DNA of 64,000 nucleotides. Origin: Eledone cirrhosa. Its lineage: Eukaryota. The DNA lies in contig OZ024746.1 of NCBI GenBank assembly GCA_964016885.1, positions 28,954,001 to 29,018,000 of the forward strand, read 5' to 3'. Under the pieces are notes generated by a model. That model made no database searches and was not told the origin of the DNA. It saw only the letters and a program-made list of their open reading frames with translations. Made by a program: the position numbers and the translations under genes. Each line of letters starts with the position of its first letter. Within the stretch, counting starts at the first letter, position 1. Below, one piece after another: positions 43,044-57,312 of the stretch.

Positions 43044-43823
43044 TATGAGATGTATCAGAAAAGTAACAGGATTTATTGTGTTGTGTGATCTATAACTACG
43101 ATTTCAGCTCTCTGCAGCCAGTGTATGCTTTTCCGTGTGCTTTTATTAACAGTTCCTCAATTTAAAGCCGTCAAGTGTAGGGTACAGAGCAACAAACCAA
43201 TATGAAGATTCTGGTCCAGCTGGGAAAAAACTCCGTCAGAAGAACTCGGAATACGACAGCAGGTGTACAGAGATGAGACGATTTCGAGTGGCACAAAAAG
43301 GGAAAGAGACCCCAGGAGCAGAAGGCCTTCAATGAGCACGACAGAGTTGAGCGCGTGAGGCATGTGGTGTGTGGTGATCGTCGGCTAACTGCAAGTGAGC
43401 TGGGCATGAACCACGACAGCGCTTGGAAATTACCACCGAAGATCTGCACGTAGATGGTGTCGAAGCTGCTGAACAATAGCCAGAAGGAGCGGTGAATGTA
43501 GGTGTTTCAAGACATCCTTGAGTGTCTTGAAACCAAACCAGACTTGCTAGAGAGAGTCATCACAGGTGATTAGTCATGGTTCTTCGAGTACGACCCGTTT
43601 TCCGGACGTGGAAAACATCAAGAGGGCCGTAACAACGGATTTGCGGATAATCCCGGGAGAATCCTTCTAGGAGTGCGTGGAGCCGTGACGGAGAAGGATG
43701 GGAAAGTGCGTTAAACTTGAGTGGAATAATTTCGAAGAGTAAAACTTGTAGTTTGTAGTTTTGATTTGAAATAGGTTTTTTTTTTACGACGCAAGTCCTC
43801 TTTCTTTTGTGACAGACCTCGAA
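43044..43823 (+). mobile_element. Internally deleted mariner-family transposon relic
   Basis: EQQTNMKILVQLGK, RHVVCGDRRLT, DLLERVITGD*SWFFEY, DVENIKRAVT; degenerate ~28-bp TIRs. Confidence 0.8.
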
Positions 43824-44207
43824 TATATAATTATTTGGCAGCCATTTTGAAGGTGGGTTTGTTAGCAAAGATATAATAGTCTAATCACATCGGCCACAAA
43901 GTGGGGCCCTGCAGTCCGTAATGCAGATGAACAGAAAATAACCAAATACAGGGATTTCACCGAACGCTTCCTTTTCGTATTAGTTATGCAAAAACCTCCA
44001 GAAGTGCATCCCGCTTGAGGAAAAAACCTCGTGTGATGAAATGCTTTCGCCATCTTTTTCGCGGTGTACAGTTGAAATATACTACCACACAAAGGTATAG
44101 AATTTTCCCCCTCCTTTCCCCTCCTCCATTTTCATTATTTAATTTTTTTTTTTTTTTGCCTCTCTCATTTTTCTTTTTTCTTTTACTGTTTATTATTTTA
44201 TTCCACA

Positions 44208-44402
44208 AGGCGGTGAATTAGCAGTATCGGTAGAGGGTCGAACGCGATGCTTCCCAGCATAGAGTTACGCCCTTTTATGGTCTAAGTTCAAATTCCACCG
44301 AGGTTAACTTTGCCTTTCATCCTTACGGAGTCGATAAAATAAAGTACCAGTAATGCACTGGGATAATTGCTGGTCTTGAGCCAATAGTAGAAACAATTAT
44401 TT
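44208..44402 (+). mobile_element. SINE family 1 single copy (older or partial copies near 31010-31100 on minus, 54215-54366, 58249-58440, 60268-60345, 60870-60920)
   Basis: A/B boxes and conserved core. Confidence 0.8.
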
Positions 44403-45217
44403 TAATCCTTTTTTATATTATGTCATTATTGTATACTTCTGTGTAAAAATGTGATTTCTTGCCAATGATAGTGTTGAGAGCTGTATGTTGTAACAAACGA
44501 GATACGGATTAAAATTTCATATTTTTTTATTTTTTTTTACATTTGTGCGGCATCGTTAGTTGAAATGAGTATTGGTGGTGGCGATTGTATGGATATTTGA
44601 GTTACGTCAAAAGTGAGGTAATGCTAGTAAAAGTACATTTCAAATTCTAAAAAGCGTAAATTGCATTATAATTCCAATTATACTTCATAAACTGCATGTC
44701 TTCCCTCTCTCTCCCACCTTCTCTCCTTCACTTTCTCTCCCTCATTCTCTCTCTCTCTTTCTCTCTCTCTCTCTTTCTCTCTCATTCTTTCTCTCTTTCT
44801 CCCTCATTATCTCTCTCCCTCTCTCATTCCTTCTCTTACTTCATTTCTCCCCTTCTCACTGTCTCTGTCTCTACCTGTCTCTCATTCTATGCTAGTATCG
44901 ACCATTCGAACTCTCTCTCGCTCTCTTTCCTTCTCTCTCTCTCCTTCTCTCTCTTTCTTTTCTTCTCTCTCTCTCTCTCTGTTATTTTCTCTCCTTATCT
45001 CACTTTCTCTCCTATATATATATATATGCGGTACATAATTTTCTTACTTTTTGCTTTCTTCTTCATTAAACCATACCTGTGTATATCTATCTAAATAAAC
45101 AGGCATATGTCTGTCTATTTATCTATATATCCATTTATATATTAATTTACCTTTCTAACTGCGTTTATCTATGTCTATCTATCTGTCTATTTGTTTACCA
45201 GCCTACCTGCCTATCTA

Positions 45218-45249
<32 letters not shown>

Positions 45250-45252
<3 letters not shown>

Positions 45253-45365
45253 AGTTCTGTGAACTTCGTTTGTATATTTATTTAACGTTTCACCTTTAAA
45301 AAAATGTTCTTTCGTATTGTATTGTTTCCGTTCGTTGTCTTGTTCTTTCTTTGTTAATTTTCTTA

Positions 45366-45406
<41 letters not shown>

Positions 45407-45525
45407 AGTTCTGTGAACTTCGTTTGTATATTTATTTAACGTTTCCCCTTTAAAAAAATGTTCTTTCGTATTGTATTGTTTCCGTTCGTTGTCTTGTTCT
45501 TTCTTTGTTAAGTTTCTTAAGTTTA
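45250..45525. repeat. ~120-bp direct duplication separated by (TA)n
   Basis: GGAGTTCTGTGAACTTCG...CTTAAGTTT occurs twice. Confidence 0.85.
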
Positions 45526-45589
45526 TATATATATATATATAATATAGTTTATATTTAAGTTATATTTAAGTTTATATGATATATAATAG

Positions 45590-45784
45590 AAACGCGGGTG
45601 TTCCAGCTGACACAATCGACGGAACAGCTTGCTTGTGAAGTTAATGTGCAAATAGCTGAGCGTTCCACAGACAGATATAACACATTTTTGTCAATTGAGT
45701 GGATTGAAGCTGCATAATGTGTTTTATTCTCGAGGAAACGATGTGCCGCCGGGAATCGAACATATGACCTTACGATCGTGAGCC

Positions 45785-45790
<6 letters not shown>
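45590..45790 (-). mobile_element. tRNA-derived SINE family 2, degenerate (also about 32965-33190, 52255-52600, 54705-55015)
   Basis: Minus-strand B-box GTTCGATTCC; shared CTGAGC(A/G)TTCCACAGA(C/T)AC block. Confidence 0.55.
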
Positions 45791-45826
<36 letters not shown>

Positions 45827-45874
45827 GTGTGTGCATGTGTGTGTATGTGTATATGTGTATACACACACACACAA

Positions 45875-45925
45875 GGCTTCCTGATGATTTCTCCCGAGTG
45901 AGACAGTTCTAGTCCTGTAGAAACC
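45875..45925 (+). ncRNA. Degenerate hammerhead (GAAA>GAGA)
   Basis: GGCTTC-CTGATGA-...-GAGA-CAG ttctagtc CTG-TA|GAAACC. Confidence 0.55.
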
Positions 45926-45928
45926 ATT

Positions 45929-45960
<32 letters not shown>

Positions 45961-46310
45961 TAGCGTATCGGGTGAACAACAGGGATGTGGGAATCCCATT
46001 ATGGTCAATCGGTTGTGAAGCAGACAAAAACAAAGCGGTCGACGACCTGCATAAATGGTAAAGGAGCGGAAATCATATTCTGTTGATTCAGGTTTATTTA
46101 AAACTCCGTTATACATATTTCATATTTCATATCAATAAAGATAGCCTGAGCTCTTCAGATGGCAAAACCTAAAATAAACTTTGAAAGTTCCTAACCGACC
46201 TTTAAATTTGGATAAAACCAATAATCTCCCCGAAAAAGATAGTCCTCGGTGAAATATGTATAATGGGGTTTTAAATAAACCTAAATCAACAGAATATGGT
46301 CTCCGATCTC
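45961..46310 (+). mobile_element. Fold-back element with HHR 3' half
   Basis: Arms about 46067-46122/46250-46305 containing GAAA-TATGTA-TA; ~105-bp tail on the left. Confidence 0.6.
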
Positions 46311-46778
46311 TATATCTATCTATCTATCTATATATATATATATATATGTATAAGATCAAAAGATGGTTAAAAGAGTTCCATGTATTTTATTATGCGCATT
46401 ACAAAAACAAATATCATCATGCAATAATACTTGTGCTTTCATCAGATAAAATAGGAAGACATGATATGAAGGTTAAAAAACACTTGTGAAAAAAAAAATA
46501 TATATATATAAGTGTTTCCGTAGGAAAGGTAAAGGAAAGGTGAGACCTCTATGTAGGCTACATATTATATATATACACACATATGTGTGTGCATTTGTGT
46601 AATAGAAATTTCCTTCTGTCACATGTACGTATGTCTTAAATAATATTTCCTCACGTATATATATATATATATATGAATCAAACGATGGACGGCTGTAAAT
46701 ATATGCATGCTTGTATATATGTAAATGTGTGCATACACATACACACACACAAATATATATATATATATATATAAATAA

Positions 46779-47234
<456 letters not shown>

Positions 47235-47282
47235 ATAAAATAACAGGAGGCTGGACTTGTGTAAATCCTTGAAAGGTTTATT

Positions 47283-47340
47283 ATACTATGATCATTTCAA
47301 TGACTGGGTTCCGTATTAATCCGGTGATATCATCAGGTAT
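47283..47340 (-). ncRNA. Type I hammerhead, additional family
   Basis: Minus strand: ATAC-CTGATGA-imperfect stem II-GAAA-TGATCA-TA|GTAT. Palindromic stem III. Confidence 0.65.
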
Positions 47341-47949
47341 TCGAAATATAATAAATGAATGTAATAGATAAAATCCATGGGGCTGAAAATCATAGTCCCG
47401 AGGACGACCGACCATCTAGCATCCTCCACTTTAGCCGGTCGCCCTCAAGTGCTGGCTATTCGGTCTACTTGAGGCTATCTGGTGAGGGGGCTAAACCTGA
47501 ATATATATATATAAATATATATATTTCGTTTCTGAATTTGTTTAGCAAGATTCTTTATATATATATATATATTTTTTTTTTTTCATTTAAAATAAATTGG
47601 AGTGAAAGCAGTGGTGCGTGTGTCTCTTATTGGCAACATGACCCTCCAAAAGTATAACAATATATATATATATACATACACTCATTGTGTTTCTACAAAT
47701 GTTGTGTCTTTGTTTTTTCGCCATTAGATTCTCATTCCCAACTGCTATAATAGGTTTTCCGTTTGCTGATGTTTTGGATGATCAAATTTAATAAACTCCA
47801 ATTCTGTGAGCGTTAATGTTTATATTAGTGTTGTTGTCTCTCTTGTTATTGTCGTTGTGTTATTCCTGTGGCCGCTCTTGATAGTGTTGTCAGCGTTGTT
47901 ATCGTTGTTGTCGCTCGTGTTATTGTTTTTGTTGCTGTTATACTTATTG

Positions 47950-48008
47950 TTTTTTTGTTGTTGTTGTTGCTGTTGTTGTTACTGTTGCTTTTCTTGTTAT
48001 TGCTTCTC

Positions 48009-48067
<59 letters not shown>

Positions 48068-48388
48068 GCGCAACCAATATATCATGTCAATGCAATCCCT
48101 GAAAACCTGATGAAAATCTAATCGCCATTTTGTTCTGCTAATGAGTATTGTGTTTATGCTCTTTGGGAGTAGTAGAAAAGTCTCATGATGCTCAACGCTT
48201 CTTCTTCTTCTTCTTCTTCTTCTTCTTCTTCTTCTTCTTCTTCTTCTTCTTCTTCTTCTTCTTCTTCTTCTTCTTCTTCTTCTTCTTCTTCTTCTTCTCC
48301 TCATTATAATTGTTATTGTTGTTGTTATTATTATTATCAGTATTATTATCATTACTACTATTATTATCAGTATTATTATCATTACTAC

Positions 48389-48420
<32 letters not shown>
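47950..48420. repeat. (TTG)n, (TTC)n and (ATT)n trinucleotide microsatellites
   Basis: Seen directly. Confidence 0.9.
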
Positions 48421-48421
<1 letters not shown>

Positions 48422-48518
48422 GTAACTGACAGTGGGCATGCCTATTCTAAGTTATGTTAATTATAAGTGACTAACAAATTACATAATTTCTCTCTCTTTC
48501 TCTCTCTCTCTCTCTCCC

Positions 48519-48563
<45 letters not shown>

Positions 48564-49232
48564 ATGTGTGGCGGGGGGGGGGGGGGGGGGTATATCTTAA
48601 GACAGGGCAAGGGAGAGGGTGATATGAGAGACAGGGTGGTGTTTAGAGAGATCGAGAAAATAACTTTAAAATACATTTTAAAACAAAACAAACAACACGA
48701 AACAAAGCTGTGTGCGAAAAGAAATTAATAAATGTTGTCTTAAAATATTGCATCAGAAAATGATTGTATGAAATATGTGGGGAAATGATGTTGTAAGCGA
48801 CATGCTGAGAATTAAATATTGTTGAAATATCTTAGTAACAGGGGAGAAGGTATTTGGTTGAAAATATTAGAAATAGCATTGTTTTCTAGAAATATTTAAC
48901 TGGAAGTAATGATTATAAATGGAGTTTTAAAATGGAGGAAATAATTTCATAGATACACATACACACACACAACACATAGACACACACATACACACACACA
49001 CACATACACACATATATATATATAATATATATACGGGTGTGGGGTGCGTGTGTGTGTAGAATGTAACATTGTCTTCCCAAAATACATTTATTTTGCTGAG
49101 TGAAGTGAAAATTTATTTTACGTTGATGCTAAGATAGCTGATATCAGCTTTTCACTTTTGTTGTATGATAGTTTACTGCTTCCATAGTTTACCATTCTTA
49201 CAGTGTGTGTATATATATCTGTGTGTATGTAT

Positions 49233-49351
<119 letters not shown>

Positions 49352-49354
49352 TGT

Positions 49355-49409
<55 letters not shown>

Positions 49410-49489
49410 CGTGTACTGCTTCGTTAGATTATCATTCTAGCAGTGTGTGTATATATGTATATATATATATACATATATATATATGTATG

Positions 49490-49609
<120 letters not shown>

Positions 49610-51074
49610 TATATATATGTACATATATATGTATATATATACGTATATATATATATATATATATACATATATATGTGTGTGTGTGTGTTTGTATGTATGT
49701 GTGTGTGTGTCTGTGTCTGTCTGTCTGCGTGTGTATGTGTGTATGTGTGTGTGTTTCTACGTTCTTTTACTGATTCGATATCTTAACATTCGATATTTTA
49801 ACATTCTTACCGTGTGTACGTATGTTTGTGCATGTGTGTGTGAATACATGTTTGTTTTATGATAATGTATGCCTACACATATACCTGTCTGTGACTTTTT
49901 GTGGTGGGTTTATATCTGTGTACCTGTGCATGTGTTTATATGTGTGTATTGGTGAATGTGTTGTGTGTCTATATGTATGCATGTCTGTATATCTGTGTTT
50001 TTTGTGAATGTATCACCAGCATATAACTCTACGTATGTCTTTGTGATAAGTATTTATATGTTTGTATGTGCTTATATGTTTTTATGAGTGTATATGTGTG
50101 CGTAACTTTAATTTTATGTGTATGTTTTTGTGTTTTCTAGATATATGTACATAGACGTGTGTGTGTCTTCATGATAAAGATCTACGTCTGTGTATGTCTG
50201 TATATGCATATGTGTCTTTATATGCATATGTGTGTGTATATTTATGTGATTACGTTTTCATTTATGTATGTATATATATATGTATGTTTGCATGTATATA
50301 TATATATGCATGGATGTTTGCATGTATATATATATATGTATGCATGTATGTATGTACGTATGTATGCATGTATGTATGCGCGTATGTTTTGTATGTATGT
50401 ATGAGTTTAGCAGTATGTATCTGTATACGTGTGCAAATGTTTATAAGTGTATTTATTATTAACAAAATTAACAAAAGACAAAATGAGAAATGAGAAAAGA
50501 GAAAAGAATAAAAGCAAAAATTATATATAAAAATAATAGAAAAGAAAAAAAAATATTTTTATGAAAACAGAAGAAATTGATAAAATATTTCGTGGTAAAC
50601 CGAAATGTCATTAATTGTGAAAGTTGGTTTAGTTTGTAAATCATCAGGAAATGAAGTAATTTAAGAGATATTTCGTTTAAAAGGCGATAGAAAATGTTCT
50701 AATTATCGATATATGTAGGGAGTGACGTGACTGTAGCAGGAAGTAGGCTTACCTATTGAAAAGAATGTGAGAGATTCTGATAAAATACAATGAAAGAGAG
50801 GTGGTATGTGAGAGAAAGTAGGAGAGGGGAGGGGAGAAAAGGAAGGAAAAGAAAGAGGTGGAAGAAGAGGAGGATAAAAACAACAATAAAAATATATTTT
50901 TGATAATAATACTAAAACTTTCTTCGTTGGTCACAAGAACACACGCATACAATACGTACAAAAGGTGTTTCAATAAACGAGTAGCTATTCATTAACACAT
51001 AACATACATACTTACATATTATATATATATATATATACACATACATATATATATTGTTTCGTAAGTCCGGCGTG

Positions 51075-51130
<56 letters not shown>

Positions 51131-51136
<6 letters not shown>

Positions 51137-51595
51137 CACGCCGGACTTCTGTCTGATGACTTCGCTCCTGATGTGCTCTCTCTCAACGAGATTCCTAGCA
51201 TTGATCTCTCCATGGCTCTTTGAGCCGTTACTAGCCTCTGCTCTTCTCTCTTCGTTGGAGTCCAAGTTTCACTGCCATATAACATTGCAGGTAAAATTGT
51301 GCTATTGAAGAAGTTGGCGTCATCACGGAATATATGCGCAACAAGTTCAGATGGGCTGGACACGTCGCCCGGTTCACCGATAATCGGTGGACTCGCGCAG
51401 TTGCCGAGTGGTACCCGCGCGAGCGGAAACGACCACTCGGAAGGCCTCCACGAAGGTGGAGTTACGATTTTAGAAATATGATTGGGACTACATGGATGAG
51501 GAAAGCACGATCCAGAGAGCAATGGACGGCGTGCTGTGACCAGCGGCGCTGAATGAACGCCTGACAGACTGGTCGGTCAAGGTGATCAAGGTGAT
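51131..51595 (+). mobile_element. RTE-clade LINE 3' end with an inverted 5' segment
   Basis: Minus strand: FNSTILPAMLYGSETW..AQRAMERSMLGISL..SGVRD. Plus strand: VITEYMRNKFRWAGHVAR..KRPLGRPPRRW. Tail (CAAGGTGAT)2. Confidence 0.88.
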
Positions 51596-51871
51596 ATATA
51601 TACATGTTCCAGCTGATTGTCTGATGCCATGCTGGAGCACCACAATTGAATAAAATGGAGTTTGATACGCGAGGGAATCAAACTAAGTGTGCTAGACCGA
51701 TTATTTCAACAATCCTACCTTATATATACGTGTGTGTGTGTGTGTGTGTACATATTATGTATATATATATATAATATGTAAGTATGTATGTATTAATGAA
51801 TAGCTACTCGTTTATTGTAACACCTTTTGTACGTATTGTATATGTATATATATATATTATGTATATATTAT

Positions 51872-51949
<78 letters not shown>

Positions 51950-53053
51950 GAGAGAGAGGGGGGGGATATTACTAGTTACGTCAAGTAAAACCAATTTTCA
52001 ACTTAAGAAAATATTATAGGATAGCAAATCCTACCATCAAGCTTATATCTCCAAATTGTCCGACTATTTAAGTGCTAAACCTGCGTTGAAGTGCCTTACA
52101 TACTTTCAATATTCAAAAAGGTTTTCCTTTTATTAATGTCAAGATAGTAGAAATAAAATAGAATTCAACAAGATAATTAAATAAATTTTGAGGAAACTAA
52201 TCTAAACTATAATAAAGGTCTAAATAAAATTGCATTGAAGCTATTGAAAATGGACGGTGGAATGGACCTCTGTCAATTCGACGATGAGTGTTTCAGGTGT
52301 TCAATCAATGGAAAAACCTGTTCATGAAATTAAGTTAAAGCGACTGAGCATTCCACAGATACATGCACCCTTAACGTAATCCTAGATGAGATTTAGTGTG
52401 TTTTAGTGTGTGACAAAACTGATTCTATGTACAATCCATCTAACGGGCTTCGAAACAGTTTCCATCAACAATTCCATTCACAGTGCCTGAGTAGATCCGA
52501 GGCTATGTTAAATGACAATTATCCAAGAATCCAGGCAATGGAATCGAACCCGTGGCGTTATAATAGCAAACTGGCCTCTTACCCAATCAACAACAATGCG
52601 TCTACAGATATGGAAGAAGCGATTTGAAGAATGCCAAGTAATAACCAAATTATATTAAAGATATAAAGTCGAAGCATACATAATTTCTAATTTTCTAAAT
52701 TAGTTATATGAAATTAGTATATAAATAATTGAAAGGATGATACCATATATTCGTATTAGTAACTTCATTTAAAGAGAAAAATTGATTAGAAAACAAAGAC
52801 TACAGAATTCGATGATGGCTGAACATGTTAAGATGTTCTTACATTAATGAAGATGTATATATTATGAAATGAATAAAATGATTAACAAACAGAATTGATA
52901 CACTGGTATTGAAATTACTAATACATTTCTATTAAGTGTCTCAAGAATCTAGAGGTTTCTCAGATTACAGTAATCTGGTATCTGATTCTCAGAAGCCATA
53001 TATGTATATATATATATATATGTATGTATATATATATATATATATATATATAG

Positions 53054-53225
53054 GAAAAAGTTAGACCCCGACGGCAGAGCTCAAGCCGTTTTGACGGGTA
53101 TTTCTGGACCAGAAATAGCCGTCGAAACGGCTTGAGCACTGCCGTCGGGGTCTAACATTTTACTATTACCCATTCTACTACCCTAAATATTGAGTACTCT
53201 GGTTCCTTACCACACCTGCTTCGTT
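53054..53225. mobile_element. Short fold-back element (palindrome 53060-53156 + right tail with GAGTACT)
   Basis: 48-bp arms with a few mismatches, centred on 53108; TA flanks. Confidence 0.7.
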
Positions 53226-53517
53226 ATATATATATATATGTGTGTGTATATATATATATATATATACATTCATTTAAATTATTGACGTATTGTTTTATTG
53301 ATATTTTTTATCTGTTTGGCCCGAATCTTCCTTTATCGATTTTAAATCGTATGGTTGATTGTAGACTTGTTCTATATGTGACGGTATTTTAACGATAGTT
53401 ATAGCTCTGATTCATCTGAATTATTGAGCCCTCTGCCGCTCATATCGAATTTCGTTTTTCGTTAACTCGTGCGCCGATTTTTCGATACTCGATCTTTCTA
53501 ATATATATATATATATA

Positions 53518-53874
53518 TATAAAGAAAAAGAGATGAAATCGAAAATGCAACTGGAGTCTTATTTTTTTCAAAAATATATATATTTATTTGGTTCCTTTAC
53601 CGGTTTCGCAGTTCTTCTGCTTTTCAAAAGGTGAGTTGAGATGGAGGGTCTGTGGTTTTTCTCACAGATGTGAGAAAAACCACAGACCCTCCATCTCAAC
53701 TCACCTTTTGAAAAGCAGAACTGCGAAACCGGTAAAGGAACCAAATAAATATATATATTTTTGAAAAAATAAGACTCCAGTTGCATTTTCGATTTCATCT
53801 CTTTTTCTTTATACTTTCACTCGTGTAGGACACCTCGGTTATTTTTCATTTTGTAAAGAAAACCTCACTTTCTA

Positions 53875-53880
<6 letters not shown>
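53518..53880. mobile_element. Fold-back element with a variant-core hammerhead
   Basis: ~145-bp arms around 53667-53668, a ~68-bp tail on the right, and (TA)n flanks. Confidence 0.85.
53594..53631 (-). ncRNA. Hammerhead with U3:A8 core variant (mirror on plus strand at 53704-53738)
   Basis: CCTT-TTGAAAA-GCAG aagaa CTGC-GAAA-CCGG-TA|AAGG. Confidence 0.7.
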
Positions 53881-53924
<44 letters not shown>

Positions 53925-55026
53925 CAACCGACACCGGTGTAATTTGTTACTAGAACTTGGCAAACATAGAAGCGTGTGCCAGCTCAGTGGTGATGTTGTT
54001 CAGTTTGCATTAGAACATCTGAAACACTTGGCTTCGGAACCAGCAGAGGTCAATAACATATACATAATATGACTCTTCTACAATTTTCATCATTAGAATG
54101 ACTATATCTTCCATACAAAACCTCTGCTTTAACCAAAGTTCAAATTTAACATTTACATTGTTGTTGTTTTTTTTATTATCAGTATTGCCATTGCATTCTT
54201 TATTTAGCCTCGTTTTATTTTGAATTCAAATCACGCCCAGTTCAACTTTGCCTTTCATCATTCTGGGTTAGATAATATAAAGTACCAGTAATGTAGTCGC
54301 ATTGATTTAATCGACTTTCCTCTCCCCAAAACTTATCGGCCTTGTGCCTAAATCAGAAACCATTATTTTCCAGCTCACATCAACCTGCATTGCCTCTTTT
54401 CTGATGAGCAGATCAATTTTTATAATCCTTGTCTGATATGCTCAGTTTTATTGCCATTTTCCCATTCTGATTCTAGATTTCTTTACGGCCAGTTCCAAAA
54501 TTGTTATTCTTACATAATCTTCTTTCAAATAAAATCTATTTCTTGGTTTTATTGCGATTCCAGTCAATATAAAAAGCATTGTCAGTATCAAGAAATTTTA
54601 GAGGCAAATAACTATAAAATGTTGGCTGTGTTTAGATATTTTCGAAATAAACATAATTTAGGAGACAGGTTTACGAAAATCTCTAAGCTTTTTAAAAGTT
54701 ATAGTAAAGAACTCTGTTGGATTCGGCCGGTTCCGATGATAAGTGTCACAGTTGATTTGACCAACGGAACATCCTGCTCGTAAATTTAATATGGAAAGTG
54801 GTTAAACATTCCACAAACACAGGTATCTACAACCTAATTCACAGTGTGTAAAAAATCTGCGTAAAATTTACAGCTCATTTTTTACCAGCTGAGCGGAGTA
54901 AAGCAACTTGAAATAAAGTGCCTTGCTCAAGAACACAGCAGACTGCCAAAGATTGAACTCATGATCTTATGATCGTAAGCCAAAAACAATAAACAATAAT
55001 CCAGGTGCTTTCACATAGAAAGTAAG

Positions 55027-55057
<31 letters not shown>

Positions 55058-56471
55058 AAACTGATCATCAGATCGAACTTCAGTAAGCGGAAATTGAACG
55101 CCACACAACAGAGTTTGAACTGGCAACTGCAAAGCTTTAATTTAATTTAGCAATACCACCAGGTGGTACTTTATTTATCGACACCTAATTGATGAACAGT
55201 GTGGTTGAACATGGAAGTATTTCCTCTCAGAGATGCTGAAAAATTATTGAAATAGTTAATCCAACTCTACTTAACAAGAAATAATTAATAGTGGCTAAGA
55301 GGGACAAACAATAACCTCTTTCTCTCCTTATCTCCCACCCCCATCTCTCTCGCTCTCTCTTCCTGTCTTACTTTTTCTGTCCTGGCTGTTTCTCTACCTA
55401 TCTCTCTCTCTTTCCCTATCTCTGTCTTGGTTATTTGTCTATATATTTCCCTTTCTCCAGGTTTATCACTCTACCTATATCACTCTGTTCTGGTTCTCTC
55501 TCTCTCCCGGTTATCTTTCTATCTACCTATCTTCCTCTAGTTTATCTCTAAACTGCAGTCTGCCAAATATTTATCGGTTTTAATATATTTAGACTTAGTA
55601 AAATTACTTTACCACGATATTAAATGAAGAGTAAGGTCACCACAAGATTTGATCGCAGAACACAGTGATCCGGATCAAATACCCAAGTGTTTTATCCAAC
55701 ACTATAGCGACTCTACGAATTTTCCACCTGAAAAATAAGACACCAATAACAAGCAAAGCATTTATAGTAAAAAGTAAAACTTAAATAAAACCTAAAATAA
55801 AAGGAAAGAGAAAAAATGGCAGGAATATTTGGATGAAAAAAGAAATCTTTCCTTAAGGCAAATTTCCAAAATTGGTAAACCTAATCTGTGCTATTAAGGA
55901 ATATTTGACAAAATGTTTGACTTTTTAACCTAAAAGGTCAAACAGATCATTCTGAATTGGTCTGAAAATATCTCTGGAAACGTTCTATAAAAAAAGTTTT
56001 TATTCTATGCTATGCTGTTGTTTTTCTTGTTTAACTTGTTTTGTTTGCATTTTGTTCTTTTTCCCTCAAATTAAATTACCCATTTCATTACCATATTTCT
56101 AAAGCGATGCCTAGGATTTTTGATTAATTAATTATTATTGATTTGTTGTCTGGAAGATAACTTAACAAAGGTTCTTACATAAAATTATTATGAACGTTTT
56201 CTCGATAAACATAAACGTGTTAATATATTTGTTGCAGTCTTTCTATTGAAATACATTACATAATCTTCAAATAATTTAGAAATATCATGGAGGATTTGGA
56301 GGTTTTTAGTAATATGACTAACTTTATCATCATTAGGTTGATGTCTGGGACAAACCTTAATAAAGGCTCATACATAAAATTATGTTGGAAGATTCTGAGA
56401 TAAATGCAAACCCTTTTGTAGTATGGTTGATGCAGTGGGTGTTGCTGGCCCTTCCCTATGCTTTCATCATT

Positions 56472-57312
56472 ATGTGTGCTCAATCACGGCAGTAATATCA
56501 TATGTGCTAAGTCACGGCAGTAATATTAAGTGTGCTAAGTCACGGCAGTGATATGTGTGCTCAATCACAGCAGGAATATCATGTGTGCTCAGTCACGGCA
56601 GTGATATGTGTGCTCTGTCATGACAGTAATATCATATGTGCTAAGTCACGGCAGTAATATTAAGTGTGCTAAGTCACGGCAGTAATATTATGTGTTCTAA
56701 GTCACGGCAGTAATATTATGTGTTCTAAGTCACGGCAGTAATATTATGTGTGCTAAGTCACGGCAGTGATATGTGTGCTCAATCACAGCAGGAATATCAT
56801 GTGTGCTCAGTCACGGCAGTGATATGTGTGCTCTGTCATGACAGTAATATCATATGTGCTAAGTCACGGCAGTAATATCATATGTGCTAAGTCACGGCAG
56901 TAATATTATGTGTGTTAAGTCACGGCAGTAATATTATGTGTGCTAAGTCACGGCAGTAATATTAAGTGTGCTAAGTCACAGCAGTAATATTATGTGTGCT
57001 AAGTCACGGCAGTAATATCATATGTGCTAAGTCACAGCAGTAATATTAAGTGTGCTAAGTCACGGCAGTAATATTATGTGTGCTAAGTCACGGCAGTAAT
57101 ATCATATGTGCTAAGTCACGGCAGTAATATTAAGTGTGCTAAGTCACGGCAGTAATATTATGTGTGCTCAGTCACGGCAGTGATATTATGTGTGCTCAGT
57201 CACGACAGTAACATTGTGTGTGCTCAGTCACTGCAAAATCATTGTGTGCTTAGTCACGGCAGTAACTGTATGTGTGCACTGTCACATAAGTAATATGTGC
57301 TCGGTCACGGCT
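56472..57312. repeat. 25-28-bp minisatellite, ~30 copies
   Basis: Consensus AGTCACGGCAGTAATATTATGTGTGCTA; a block of variant units is duplicated internally. Confidence 0.93.

Noticed and set aside
54400-54420. Isolated CTGATGA (also near 48107 and 51153)
   Set aside because: No properly placed stem II/GAAA/NUH/stem I; the 51153 match is antisense RTE coding sequence.
56472-57312. CRISPR-like regular ~28-bp repeats
   Set aside because: The repeats are contiguous with no unique spacers, there are no cas genes, and the context is eukaryotic.
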